Assembly: GCA_009103225.1 (NCBI GenBank)
Contig: RHPI01002533.1
Location: 1,171,842 to 1,235,841, forward strand
Source of the DNA: Chlorokybus atmophyticus
Lineage: Eukaryota; Plantae; Mesostigma and Chlorokybus algae
Direction of reading: 5' to 3'
Length of the DNA: 64,000 nucleotides
The notes under the pieces were generated by a model. That model was given only the letters and a program-made list of their open reading frames with translations. It did no database searches and was not told the origin of the DNA. Below are positions 46,700 through 60,090 of this stretch, piece by piece (the first letter of the stretch is position 1; every line of letters begins with the position of its first letter). A program made the position numbers and the translations under genes.

Positions 46700-49600
46700 T
46701 GACACTCAACCACCAGCACACCCTTTTGCACATACGAGGAGATAGTCAGAGTGGAGCGTGCAAGAGTAGTGAATGCTACCAATGGCAAGCTGGGCATTAT
46801 ACACGCGCAATCCCATGAACGTCTGTTTATCCCACAACAAACAGATGCATCCCTGCACGTGCGCAAGCGCCGCCTCTTAGTCCTCATGTTGCTGGTGGCA
46901 CCACCTGCAATGTCTGGCATGTACACCGCAACCGCCTTGTAGAAGTGGTGCTTGCAAAACCCACTCTGTTGCAAGTCCTGCGTGCGTGCAGCATCTTGCG
47001 ACAAGTAGCGGTGCAGGTGCCCCGTCCAGTCTTGCGGGAGATTGTCCCATGCGGCCTCCACGCGCAAGATGCTCATCATCACCTCCCTGGGAGCACGCAA
47101 CATGGCACGAGGATCGACAACTCCGGTCTGCATATGCAGCACTTCTCGGTCATGCGCCTGTGCTCCTTCTGACCACAGCCGTCACAGATATAATGACCGC
47201 AGCCAGGATAGACAAGCCATGTGCTGGCGTCGTCCGACCAGCAAATGGGGCACTGACAGTCTTTGTTGGCAACCTCGCACTCTGATGCTGCTGACTTGGC
47301 TGCCTGTTCGGTCTTAATTGCAGACAGCTCCTCCCGCAGCTTCTAAATGGCAGTTCTCTCTGACTCCAGCTGCGACATACTTGCATCCGCCTTGCTTTTC
47401 ATCGCGGTCAAGTCCTGGACAAGTGCAGCAAGCCTTTGTTCAGCAGTCTTCAAAGCCCGCAGGACTGCCTTCTTTTCGAGGCGTGCAGCAGCATCTGCGT
47501 CGGCTTGCGCCTTGCTGTTGCGTTCCAAGTGCTCATTTTGCGACTGCATACGCTCGAGCTGATGCGCACAGACACAAAATGGGACAAAATGAGAACAGTA
47601 GCAGTGTTTAGTGATGATTCAACTAACTGCTAGACCAGTAGTACCTGCTTTTGCAGCTGAGACCAGTGTTGGGACTCTGAGATCCTTTGCTGGCGTACTC
47701 CTGCCAGCTGTGCGTGTTGCAGGTCTTGCAGCTGATGCATCAGCACCGCGGAGTACCGTTGCGCCTGCACTTGACAACACGGTCATGGCCTGCATTGGAT
47801 GCAATGCATCTTGACAGAGCACGACACATGTGCACGCAAGCAGGCATGCATGCACGCACATGCATGCACGCGTGTGTGCACGTGCAACTGCGCATACACG
47901 AACACCTCCGGGAGCAGGCATGGGCACGCGCATAGGGGGCATTATCAGACAAAGCCCAGTTAAAACAAGGAACCCATGTACTACTGAAATTTGGCATGCA
48001 TGCAAGATGTTACCTGCTCGACTTCGTTTTCGAGATGCTTGCACCCTTCAGAAGAGCGATGTGCGGAGCTCTCAGCCAGGTGCGCCCTTTGCTCGCTTGC
48101 TTGAGCTGCCAGCATGCCTCTTTTGCCTTGTTTGTGGCTTCCTCAAGTTCCATCGATAGCGAAGCCTCGCGCTGTCCAGCATGCCTCAAGCAGGCATTCA
48201 AACTCTGTGTTTGAACAACACAGCCAGTCAGTCAACCATAATCAGTGACTCACAACACACCCAAACAGCGCAAGTCTTCAGCACCTGCACTTCGGCATCA
48301 ACGAGCACTCGCAGGCGTTGTGCGTGATTACGCTCTGACGTGGTCAGAAAGTCTTCCGATTCAACGCCCTGGGGCTTATGCAGGCGCACGTAGCACACTT
48401 CACCCGTGCTGTTCGGACGCACCTTCACTTTGTGTAGTTGTTCCACAGCTTCTGCAAACGGCTCTACCAAGCCCAAGCATCAGTCATGCGCATGCGCACG
48501 TGCACGCACACACATATGTGCACGCGCGGGCACCTGATGTCAGCTCCAACAACGCTTTGTACGGTACACTCGCCCTGCTGTATAGGACCTTCGCCTTCAG
48601 CACCGTCACCACAGGCACCGGTAGAAATTGATTGTCAGGCTGGTGAGACAGCAGCACCTGTCGTTTGGTGAACAATATTACACATAGTGCAGCGCACTAC
48701 CAAACAATGTCCGCCAATGCTGCGTCAGTCAACCTGCAGGGCAGAGGAGTTGAAGTCACGGCGCAAGTCTTGAGGGCCATACCTGCATGACACCACATAC
48801 ACATCAGCCTGAGGCCCTGAGCGTGCTTTCCGAAACAAGTGTACGACTTGGCTCACTACCTTTCATGCATCAACAGTTCTAACAGCAGACCAGATTTTGC
48901 AAACACCAAAGTGTGCACTGCAGTTTTTACCCATCAGGTGGGTTGTCAAACACAAGCCTGCGATTACTGCCACCGCTGCCACTGGGAGGCATCTCCACGG
49001 GGTCGTGCGGTTGTTGCGCAGGACCTGCTGCAGATGCAGCTCACACATCCAAGCAATGTGCTTTTGTGTGATTGCGCACTCACCCGCTGATTGTTGGTGG
49101 AGACCGAGTCCTTGCACGGATGGAGCCATGACAGTAGCACCCAACTGCTTAGCCTCTGCTCTCCACCTGGCCAATGATGTGATTGGCTACTGGCACTTGT
49201 CTCCTGAGCCAACATTCTTGCAAAGGAGTTGACACTATGGCATGCTCTTAAACGTGTGCACCTTTTTGCTTACTCTTGATGCAAGCGCCTCATCTTTGTG
49301 ACTTTGCTGCTCACATGGTCGTAGAGAGCGAGTGCGCTCTTCCTGCAGGGCATTAGAAGATTTGCTGAGCGATGTTTTGACTTTACAACGCCCTGACTTG
49401 CAAAACAATAATGACTACCTCACGCTAAGAGGAGCATGCATGCAAACCAACACACGCACGTGAGCACCAAGTCGAGTAATTTGTGTTAGTGCGTGTGATG
49501 CCCAAATCCTCTGGTATGATACTGCTTTGCTCCACCACACGCAATGGCATTGCAAGCCAACTTTGGGCAAGTATCACATGCACAAGAGGTACTGGGGCAC

Positions 49601-50300
49601 ACTGCACGAAAACAGCACTCACTTGCGCATTTTGCCAGGGCATAGAGGGCATCTTTCAGAAGCCTCAGCAAGCGTGGTAGCAGTGCTGTCCAGCAACTGT
49701 TCATCCTCTGTTGCGTATAGGCTGCACTCTGAGTCAGTCATGGCGTGGCGATTTCATGGAATCGTTGGAGTGTGCCTGGCTCATCTTTGAGTACATGCAG
49801 AAGGCTTCAAAAGGCAGTGCATGCACAGCGGAGTGAAGGTGTCTGTGCCCAAAAGATGCTAAGCGGCAGTTTCAACAGACTGCGCAGCCGACTGAGCCAT
49901 GCATTTTTGCATTGTAGATATGCATGCGTGCAGATCGTTGTGGAATAGCACAACACTCCTTAAGTTAACAAGCTTACCACATTGAGAAACTACTAGCAAA
50001 CAACCAGTTGCCTTACCAAGATCCACGCAGTGCACCTCCAGCGTCCCCCAACCAGCGCATAGACAATAGCGGAGACAAGCTGCAGCGGTGCATGCCCCAA
50101 TCCTCTGCATACAGTTCATTTCTTTGCCGCGACGCCCGGCTGCTGTCCGCTCTCGGATGTGACAGAGCGTTCTGCAGGCTGTGAAAGGCTCTCAACATGG
50201 GTGCGCTGGTGGTGTTCATGCCCCAACGCCATGCAGTGCGCAGAGTCAAAAACCCAAGTTAAAATTTGACCCAGGCAGCTGCCTGAACTGGCTTGGGCCC
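46700..50300 (-). CDS. Probable multi-exon host gene with coiled-coil segments; function unknown, structure unresolved
   Basis: Exon-like frames such as 47343-47549 (AEQRLAALVQDLTAMKSKADASMSQLESER) and 48010-48201, separated by intron-like TGCA-rich sequence. Confidence 0.3.
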
Positions 50301-50609
50301 AGGCCTCTGCACGTGTGCCTTGTTTACAACTGAAGCTGTACTGAGTGTAACGAGCGCAGGTTGCGCCGAACATGACTAGTACGCACTTGTATGCGTGTCA
50401 CACTGGTCAAGCAACACTACTGGCCTAAGCTTTGCCTTACCTATGTACTGCACAGGTTCATGCCACACGTGCAAGACTACACATTGGTACAAGTTAAGCA
50501 GTGTATAAAGGAGTATGGTGCTGTACTTCATATTGTAAACTTGGCATTAACCACCGCACACCTTTATGCCCGTAACATCACAAACAATGCAGCTGAAGTA
50601 TGCAGTGCA

Positions 50610-52497
50610 TCAGTTGGCTCGTCTCCGAGGGCCTCCACCACCAGCACCACCAGCGCCGCCAGCAGCCTGCGCGACTTCTGGGTTTGCTTGTGATAAAATA
50701 TTCAGCACCAGCAGCACGCCCGGAACAAGAACCATCCACTGCACCAACAAACCACATCAGGAGTTGTTAGGTAGGATATTGGAACGGGAACTCAGGGTTT
50801 GGCGAACTATCTCAAGCCCGCAAGATCTGCACACAGGCCTATAACACATGCCATGCACGCCACACAGGTTGCACACTTACATATTTGCGGAAGAAACTGG
50901 GCTCAGGTGCTGGTGGCAGCGGCTTGCCGTCCGGCCCTACTTGCTGTGCTCCTTCAAGTCCTGCTTGACTGCCTGCTTGCAAGCCAGCGGGCTGCCTTTG
51001 CACAATATGCGAGTTCAATCTGTGCAAGCGCACGCATGTCAGCCCGCATGCTCTCAGCTGTACAGTCAAGGTTCAGGAACAACATGCATCATTCCATCTC
51101 ATAGCTGCTTGGCAACATACTTTGGCGCTTGCACTGGCGTCTTCACCATACAAGTGCTGTCGAACTGCCAACTTGGTGGCTGCAAGTAACAAAGTGAACA
51201 TCATTGAACTGCACAAGGGCTGGAGGATGACCCAACCAGGCTGATTGGGGATGCATTGTTAATAAACACCACGCATGCACAAATGCCTAACCTCAACCAC
51301 AGCATTTGCATCACAGACGCCGTCTGCGCTTGAGTACTGCAACGAAATCGCATTGCCATGATCATCCTGTTCGCAATAATGCGCCCTTGAGTCAGCCAGC
51401 AGCGCACTCACGTTGCAGTCAATGTGTCATAGTGTTGTGTGCGGTCATTGCTGCTCTGCAGTGTGCGCGCACGGGGAATGCGTACCATGTTAAATGTTAG
51501 CCGCTCGCGCAACCCTGCTTGAGCGAGGCACCTCTGCTCAAGCACAGCACTGTCAGTCACACGCAATGTTGACAACTTCTATGATGTGCCCATGTAACAC
51601 TTGTTGAGGATAATAACATACTGCTTTGATTGACGCCATCAGGTTGCCAGTTGACTCTGGTGATATCAGGTTGACCGGCACGCGCAAACGGTAGAACCCA
51701 TTGCTTTCAATCAGGGCCTGCCACAGTTCTGCAAGCGATCAGCCCTCGTCTCAACTGCATTTGCAACATCTCAACGCATGCACCAACACAAAGCAAGCCA
51801 TACCAGGAACTGAGACTTCTCATCGGACGTCAATGGCTTTCGCGTCAATGTTATGCTCTTGATTGGTACTCTGAAAGCGGAACTGGAGCCCTACGCATAG
51901 CATGCATTGCAAAGCTGACGCGAAGCAACAACAAGCAATGCTGTGCAAATGTGCATTACACAACACCGTCATAATAATAGCGCATGTACTCACATCAATC
52001 GCAGAAGCGGAAGCAGGAAAGTACTTCACGACCAGTTCGCCAGCCTCCGTGAAGTCGCTTGCTCCGCTGGTCAGGTCGTGCTCCAGTGTAAGCAGCGCGG
52101 TCTGCGCTTGCGGAGCTGTTGCTTTGCCGCGGGCGGGATTGCGTGAGGCAAGAGTGTCCAGCTGCGCAACATGAACACAAGTTGGTCGAATCAAATCACA
52201 TAACACAGCTAACTCACGGTTGATATACAAAGTGGCACAGCGGTTTCCCGGAAAGGACTCTAGAGAACGGGCATGCCGGACTAGTCATATTCAAGCGATT
52301 GTGTGCCCAGTGTTGTTAGAAGGCCAAGCATGGAAAGCATAGTGCGGCACTGAACGCTGTCCTGCCTGCGTGCGCGGGGCCCAGTCCTCATCGTCGAAGC
52401 CATCCGCCGACGCGGCTGTCGTCACAGACACCAGCAATGCGAGCAAGCAGAACGAGACGGCCACCGGCACCACCGCCGCCGCCCGACGGCACCTCAT
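50610..52497 (-). CDS. EMC10: ER membrane protein complex subunit 10 (multi-exon)
   Basis: Signal-peptide-like start MRCRRAAAVVPVAVSFCLLALLVSV; LTLEHDL...FTEAGEL; PEPSFFRKY|W followed by a TM helix and a Gly/Ala-rich basic tail ending PRRRAN*. Confidence 0.78.
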
Positions 52498-52776
52498 CGC
52501 CACAATGCCGCTGCAGATGCTATGCACACAGCATGCCTTTCTCTTTGTTGGGAGCGGTGCCCGGGCGTGCTACTTCCATGCTAACCCACAGCGCGCATCT
52601 CTCTCGCAAGCGCTTTAGTGTGTGGCTTCAAGGCAGTGGCGGCACCGGCGGAGAGCGACGTAGCGCAGGGTGCAGGCATACAAGCGCTGAGGTGTTGCTT
52701 GGTTTCTGCCCTCAGGAAGGAAAGGTCACTTGTCTCGGGACCTAAGGGCTAGCTCGCTGCAGCAGCACCAGCAGCC

Positions 52777-53616
52777 ATGTCTAGCAGCAGCGACCGGTGC
52801 ATGAAGACTGTCATGCGGGGCGCTGCTCTTGGCGCTGGGATTGGGGGTGCTATAGGTATGCTTCCTACAATTTGCGTCGTTGCGCGCAGTTCTTTTGTGC
52901 AGGCCAGTAAACAATTGTTCGCAGTGGCCACTGGTATTGCATGCTGATTCGTTGATTGTTGCTTTGGCATTCGCTGCCAAACATGTTCAACAAGTGCAGT
53001 TGCTTGTGAAGGTTGCATGCTGGCACGTTTTCCTGACGCAAACAGTATGCGTCGGCGCTCGTTGACAAAACAACTGAAACAATTAACATCACGTTCCTGT
53101 GCGTACATCCTGCTTGCAAGTCAGCCGCATGCGTACGTGTATATATGATTTCGTTGCTGCCAGCCATTTGCTGCAAGGCATCACGCAAGCAGAAATGATA
53201 GCATTGCATGCACATAGGCCGTCTGCTGGTTTCACTTGACTGGACCCATGCGCGCATGGAATGCTTACCCACCTGCCCCTGCAGGTGTGATGTATGGCTC
53301 TTTTGAAGCGTTTCGCTACAAGGTACGCAGTAAAGCTATGAAAGTATCACTAACGTGATGCACAGTGAGGTGCACTTACAACGTCATCAAGGCCCCAAGT
53401 GGTGAAGTCTTGGATGCAAATTGGGGAGCGCGTTGCATGCATTCAAGTGCATGAGATGCATTGTGGCAGCGAAACTGACAACCAATGGCATGCACTGGGC
53501 AGGTGCCAGGCTTGTTCAAGCTGCGCTACATTGGGCAACAGACTTTGGGGACTGCCGCTGCTTTCAGTGTCTTGCTAGGAGCAGGCTCGATTATCCGGTG
53601 CGGGCGTCACGATTGA
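52777..53616 (+). CDS. ROMO1: Reactive oxygen species modulator 1 / Mgr2 (TIM23-associated), join(52777..52855,53285..53322,53503..53616)
   Basis: About 76 aa: MSSSSDRCMKTVMRGAALGAGIGGAIGVMYGSFEAFRYKVPGLFKLRYIGQQTLGTAAAFSVLLGAGSIIRCGRHD*. Splice sites are canonical and the G..IG...G..F and FL..GS.IRC patterns match the family. Confidence 0.9.
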
Positions 53617-54576
53617 TGTAGCTGCAAACTCAACTTTGAACACTGCATTCCAAGCTGATGCCGCCGTCGTAAATGCCAACTCGCCTTGACGACAAAACCC
53701 CCTCAATGTTCCAGCCATTGCAAACGGTTTGCTCCAAAGGATGTAGCGACCGTCAATGACAACAAGCCAAGGTGGTGGTTCAGCATTTTTGGGATGCAGC
53801 TGGGGGCATGCTGACAGCGGTTTCATGCTTAGCTTAGAAGGGAACAGCAATAATTGTTGCTAAGTTTAGTGCAGTAACGCCTGGAGTCTGGTGCAGACCC
53901 ATGCTTGGATGAAAATGCCTCAATCTAGGCATGTTTCCCTCCCATTGGTGCCGGTGCGGGTCATTTGCACAGCCTTTTGTTGTGAAGTGTCTATTTGCCT
54001 GTCGGCAACTGTTGGGAAAGTGTGGAGCTGTTGCTGGTGCTTGCAAGGGTGTCCACTGATGTTGTGAAAATAAGGGGCATGGTGCTGTGCCAGCATGGAT
54101 GGTATACAAAAGGGGTGTGCTGGTATGCGTGTAGATCAGCCTGCGCAAGGGTGTGGCGTGCACACGAGTGCTTTTTGAGCCGCATGTGTGGCTCTGTGCA
54201 TCAGAATGAGCAAACTGTCATGACAATGTACTTTGCCATGTTGGAGGTAGCACACCAGGCAGTCGCCCTGGTTCTTTAAGTATCAAACACAACTGCTCCA
54301 AGAAACCAGCAATCGGCAACTCTTAATTACGGGATCGTTTATACAATTATACTAGGGAGATAGCTGCTAGCCTTCCATGCAAGGAGAGCTTGCATGTGGC
54401 CATGACTACGCAGCTAGTGAACCGCTACAACCTCTATCACTATCCACCTCTATCACTACCCTTGTACTGTAGCATTACATAGTTTATGGAAGCCCTTCAA
54501 CCAAAATCAACTAACAAACCTCCGGCCGGCAACATGAGCGCCTCATATCTCTCCCCAGATGCACCTGGTACCAGTC

Positions 54577-56255
54577 TCAGCGAAACCACTGGTTGGCAGC
54601 CTGTTGCGGAGGATACTCCTGCAAAACTTGCTGCTGGTAGACAAACAGTGAGTGCAAGTGCTGATGCTCTTGCTGCTGCTGTTGTTGTTGCTGCTGCTGC
54701 TGTTGCTGCTGCTGCAACTGTTGTTGCTGCAGCTGTAGCTGTATTTGCTGTTGTTGTTGTTGTTGTTGTTGTTGTTGCTGCTGCTCTTGTAGCTGCTGCT
54801 GTTGTTGAAGTGACAAGAAGCGCTGGGCAGCAGCAAGGCGCGCATGATCAACATCATCTGTGCTGACCAGTGACGGGCATGATGCTACCCGGAACATGCC
54901 GCCCATGCCCTGTCGCACAGCTGCGGACGGGACTGCAACATTCACCGCCGGCATTCTTGCCAAATCGCCTGCTTCTGGATGGAAGTAGGGCGAGGAACCA
55001 ACATAAGAAGGCGCAGCTCCTGACTCATCAGCGCGTGCAGCTGGTGCAGCCTGTGCATGGACAAGCGCGTTAGTACAACTTATCACCAGCCAGCAGGACA
55101 ACCAACCAGTTTGCAAACACCCATGACAATTGCATGTTTGTTTTTTTGTTCACCATATGGTGTGCTGCAGTATTGCAACCTCGCTACTGAACCGTGCTTA
55201 GTGTGTTGGCTCGGCGCAGCGGCGCACTCATCACGGTTGTATGTGCTTGGCCTAACGAGTTTTGTTTTCGAGCATCTTGTTAACGAATTGCGCACAAGTT
55301 CTGACACTCATCATCCCATGCAAAACTGCATGAATTTGTCAATCTGCCTGCCCTGAAGCTGCGCTAACTTTCATCTCTGAACTATCAACCACAGTGACAC
55401 ACATGGAAGGTCAGATATGCATGACCCTTGCATGCACACAGCTGAATAAGGCCCTTGCTTAGCCTTCCTTGCAGCAAAACTCCTTCATTACTGAATGCCA
55501 CAAGTCAATTCACTCACCGATAGGCACACATAACATGCAATTCACACTCGCCTCCAATGGACACCAAGCTGTCTATTCCCGAAACCCTGTCCAGCTTAAC
55601 ATGATGTGCCGGCTAGTCTACACATCTCTACTGACAAGCTGCACCATGTCATGGGCAATAGCGCAACATCACAGTACCCACGGACGACGACAATGTGTTG
55701 CTTGCCGCTAAAACCGCAAACAGACGTACATGTAGCTCAAGGGTTATGCGAGTTCCAAGCAGCACACTTCTTGATGTGTACTTATGAAGCAAGACTTGCA
55801 GCGCCATGGTATTGCCAAATGAGTTCCATTCAGCTCACCAAAAAGTTTGGTGACCTGAGCCTGGCCATCAGTGCTACTAGAGCTCAAACACTCTCACAAG
55901 ACCGTTGTTTTGCGGAGTCTGTGTAGAGAGCAAGAGCAAATGCGGACAATGCAGCACAGTCTGGCAAAGTCTTGCTTACAGGTGGTTGTTGCTGCCACGT
56001 GGCAGGCGCGGGCGAGGGCGAAGGGGAGGGGGACGGCGAGGGGAAAAGGAGCGGGCTGTCGGGGCTGTTGGCGCTGCCAACAGACGCACGATAGCGCTTG
56101 GCGAAAGGCCCCGGGGAGGAAGACGAGGCGTCTTGCTGCTGGCGCTGCAGCAGCTGCGCCTCCAGCAGCTCCGCCTCATCCCCCTTGCGCTTCGATCCGG
56201 TGTGGGCCGAGGCGGAGGCGGAGGCGGAGGCGGAGGCAGACGCTCCGCCCCACAT
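54577..56255 (-). CDS. Low-complexity, poly-Gln-containing protein of unknown function (multi-exon, NLS-like SKRK and AKRYR)
   Basis: CpG-rich first exon MWGGASASA..GSKRKGDE..FAKRYR; last exon with a long Q-run ending ANQWFR*. Middle exons not resolved. Confidence 0.55.
54660..54810. repeat. (GCT/GTT)n trinucleotide repeat encoding poly-Gln on the minus strand
   Basis: Directly visible microsatellite. Confidence 0.95.
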
Positions 56256-57029
56256 GATGGCGGCCGCCTGCATTGCCCCGTTTCCGCCTTCGCCCAACAC
56301 CGCCGCCAGCCTCCGCCCGTTTCAACACCCCAGCCCGCCTACCACCATGTGCCCCTCGTCCTTGCTTACGGGACGCCCCCACCACCCCACCCCCTCTCCC
56401 ACGGCCCTCTCCAACACCAGCTCCGCTCCTCCTCCCCCTCCTGGCCGGCGGCAGCGGCGGCGACAGGGACACCAGCGAGCTAGCTGCTGACCTGGCAAAC
56501 TATAGCCACCAAAAGCCCTGATAGCTGTTGGGGTTGGGGCGGGTCGCCAGTAAGGAAAAGGCAAGTCTGACAAAGTTTTGCGGATATCGGCTTGCTGTGG
56601 CTCTATAGAGCGCCGACAAACCGCGGATCCTCAAAAACGTTTACTGGATTTGCTGAATGCCAGGCCGGAGATAATCCGAGCGCTAGCTGTGTCCCTCGTT
56701 TCAGGGCCTGAGCTTAGCTGTTTGCTCAGCAAAAGTTACCTGTGCACGCGCGCGCGAGCTGCTCCCTTCGATGCATTCTGGCGAGTCTAGTCTGCAAGCA
56801 GCGCCTTTTTGTGCGCAGCGTGCGTTGCGCGGCCAATTGCGCCCCCTCAACTTGTGCGCGCCACCGTTCTATGGAGACGAGGTTTCGCGCGATACGGCCA
56901 CAGATCTGGCCTGCAATGACTGCATGGATGTCCGCAGTGACATGGACGAGGTCCTTGTGGCCCATGACTCATGGCCGATACCGCCTTTGCATGTTTGCAT
57001 GTTAGCCTTTTTTCGCTAGTTAAGAACAC

Positions 57030-58930
57030 TGACTCAAGAGTTCTACAAATGTCAGTGAGGCTCCATGTCAGTGTGAGCGATTGAGTTATCGAGTCAATGA
57101 TTTGTTACCCCAATAATGTCAGCGGTAATAAGTAAGTTGAGCAAGCGAGCCTGTGCTTTGGCGTTGACATTCATTTGTTTCAAAAACATCTAATTATAAT
57201 AAACATATCAAATATACATAGACGATTTTAATTATTAACAGATTGCTATATCAATCACAAGTGACATAATTATGGTATTGTTAACATATATTCATTACGA
57301 GCTTTAGCAAAGTTTAATTATTAATAATGTCTTGTCTGTTAATGCGGCTTGTGTATTTTTTGAGTATACAACTTATGTATACAAGTGTACATAAGTTGTG
57401 ATCGACATTGTGGATGCGTATAATTTTAACATTTACGAAACTTGCGCACAATTATCGTCACGTACAAAGGACTGGCTTAAGTTGCTTTCTGTTTCTTACT
57501 TCTGTGGTGAGTAAGAAAATCTAAGTGAGATTTTCGTGTAGTCATGGTGTGCACCTGGCATACGTGCTCCTAAAGTTACTTCTTATCATGATGCACTTAG
57601 TGCATAAGGACATAGCAGCCACACAAGGCACTGTCTACCAGTATGTACAGGACTGGTCAGTGCCAATGCGCATTGCCGCACAGGCAGCATGTGTGCTACC
57701 TATTTTGATGTGTCAAAGGGTGGACAAAGTCAGCCTATGCATAAAAAGCAAGACCTTGTTAGACTTCCTATATGCTTGATCGGAGAACAGAGGGTAGTAC
57801 AAAGGCTACCACCTTGTGATGGCAATCAGTTGCTGGCCTTGTCGAGCTACTTATGTGTGGGGTGCCTGCTGAAGCTGTTGAAGGGTGCTCTACCCAATTA
57901 AGTCTTTGTAGGGTGTTGCTTGTTGCAAGGTGTGCTATAAATTGCACTGCTTGTGCGGAGATTATTTGACCCTCGCTAGCAAGTAAATGGGGGGTGAATG
58001 TGGCAATTATAAATTAATTTAACTTTTTACCACTCGTACATATAATGTTGTAATACATGCTTTGGCTTCAGCCAATGAACACCCAATTGGTAATTGACAT
58101 TAACTGCACTAACGTGAGATGCCAAGGCTTGCTTGTCACTCCATTTTAAACTAAGTATATCATTACATGACCTAACGAGAACTTACAAAAACTTACTGCA
58201 CGTACGTGTACACGCGCAAAATATTTACAACCGCGTGGTTATTCACAGTTTATGGGTACTTAAAACCCAATGCAAGATGTTCACAAGTTGCGTGTAAATT
58301 AGGTTAATCCATACGAAATGCGTTGAGCGCAAGTAGCTGAGTAAAGAGCATTGCTTTTTATCTATTTGCTTGTTAAACCAGCAACATCTCGCATATATTT
58401 GCGTGGTATATGATAAACATGGAATACATGTATCAAGATCAATCGTACAGCATTTTGATTACATAATGCCGGGTTATAAAATTTTTTCCCTTACGACTGA
58501 TCATCAAATGTAATCATCGTAAAATTCAATGATATTCATTATAGCATACTCACATTTACATGTTTTATGCATGTTTATGTTTAATGTGATTTAATCCCGT
58601 AATTCTTGCAATACTTTCACGTGTGCATAGTTTTGAGGGCACGATACAACACGTAAATGGGACATCAAACATAAGGCTCATAGTGAGTTGACTCCAAATG
58701 TTATACATATTATATAATTTATTGTGTGGACCAAAGTTCACAAATAACATTAGTTGTAAACTTCACACAAGGCTTGTATGTTACGTCATGTCATCATCAT
58801 TTGTCTTCCAACGAAAGCCCTGCTGTATGTGCACGTGCTTAGATGTAAAGCAATCTCATCAACGTTAAGCATCACACTTGTAAACTCATGTATCAAAACC
58901 TTTGGATGGTACGAGACTTTGGTTGTCAAT
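57030..58930. other. AT-rich non-coding block, probably repeat-derived
   Basis: Abrupt GC drop between two CpG-rich gene-start regions; no recognisable domain. Confidence 0.3.
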
Positions 58931-59639
58931 CCCCCCCCCCCGGCTCAGGGCGCATAGGCGCACGTGCATGGCCCAATTTAGCTTGCGACGTGGCATTAAG
59001 CGCGTTCACCCGTCGACGCTTGTGACACAGCCACCGTCGGTCAACGCCTGTCGACGGTGACGGCGATGGCGATGGCGGACGCCCCGCACCGTGCTGCACC
59101 GGCGGATCTCTCTGTCGACCCTCGGCAATCAAGCAGTCAGTCAGTCGCTTCAAAATCAGCGCCATTTCTGCGCACTGAGGCGTTGACTGGCAGCAGCAGT
59201 GGTGGTGGCGGCGACGGCAGTGGCGTTGGCAGAGGAGGCGGCGGGGGTAGAGGTGGGGCTGGAGGCGGTGACTGAGGTGCAGGCGGCGGGAGCGTTCAGT
59301 GGGTCGCTCTTTAGCGGATTGAAGTGGGAAGGAGGCTGCGCGGACACTCGTTCAGTACAGTGTCAACCAGTGCGGTGGTCGAGCGCATGTGCGTGCTTGG
59401 GGCTAGGGTATTTTGAATCAGGGGTAGGTTTGGCTGAAGCAACCTGTGCGTGGCGTAGATCACACGGACCAGCAGTACGTAGACTGACAGATGACCTGTG
59501 TTGCAGAGAGTCACCTGGCCGATGGTGTCCTGCAGTAACACCTTGGTGACAATTGGACTGCGGTGACATTGCCGAGCCTGGTGAGTGATTGGGCTCGTAC
59601 TACTGCTACAACCAGAGTGCTACGATTGATGTAACTACC

Positions 59640-59880
59640 ACTACCACCTGTGCTAATGTGCAACCATATTGCTGCTAATACTCATATTACCATTAATACT
59701 GCAACAGCTGCTGCTGGTACTACGACTACAACCAGAGGTTGCTGTTACGAGTACTACCATTGATATAATTACTAAAGCTATTACTAATAATTACTAAAGC
59801 TATTACTAATACTACAACTAGTAGTAGCACCAGTACTGTTACGACCACTATACTGCTACTGGTGCTACTGCTGTTACTAC
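59640..59880. repeat. Low-complexity (TAC/ACT)-rich tract with a short tandem duplication (taattactaaagctattactaa x2)
   Basis: Directly visible. Confidence 0.8.
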
Positions 59881-60090
59881 CAAGTCGTTGCCACAAGAAA
59901 TGAACCCGCTCCATCACCATGACATATGTTTATTCGTCACAGTAGCAGTACCCTTTGCCATACTTGAGCCTTGTCCCCTTGTCCCCTTTCCCTCTGTGCG
60001 CGTGTCTGCGTGTCTGTGGGGTGGGGCGTGCTTGTGCTTGGCTGTATTTGGGAAAGGTGCGGAGAGCATACAAGTGTTTCATGTCCAAAC

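Noticed and set aside
54486-54866. Poly-Ala/Val and poly-Asn/Ser ORFs
   Set aside because: Alternative frames of the poly-Gln microsatellite.
56578-57029. Short ORFs upstream of the poly-Gln gene
   Set aside because: No recognisable domain, splice pattern or consistent frame.
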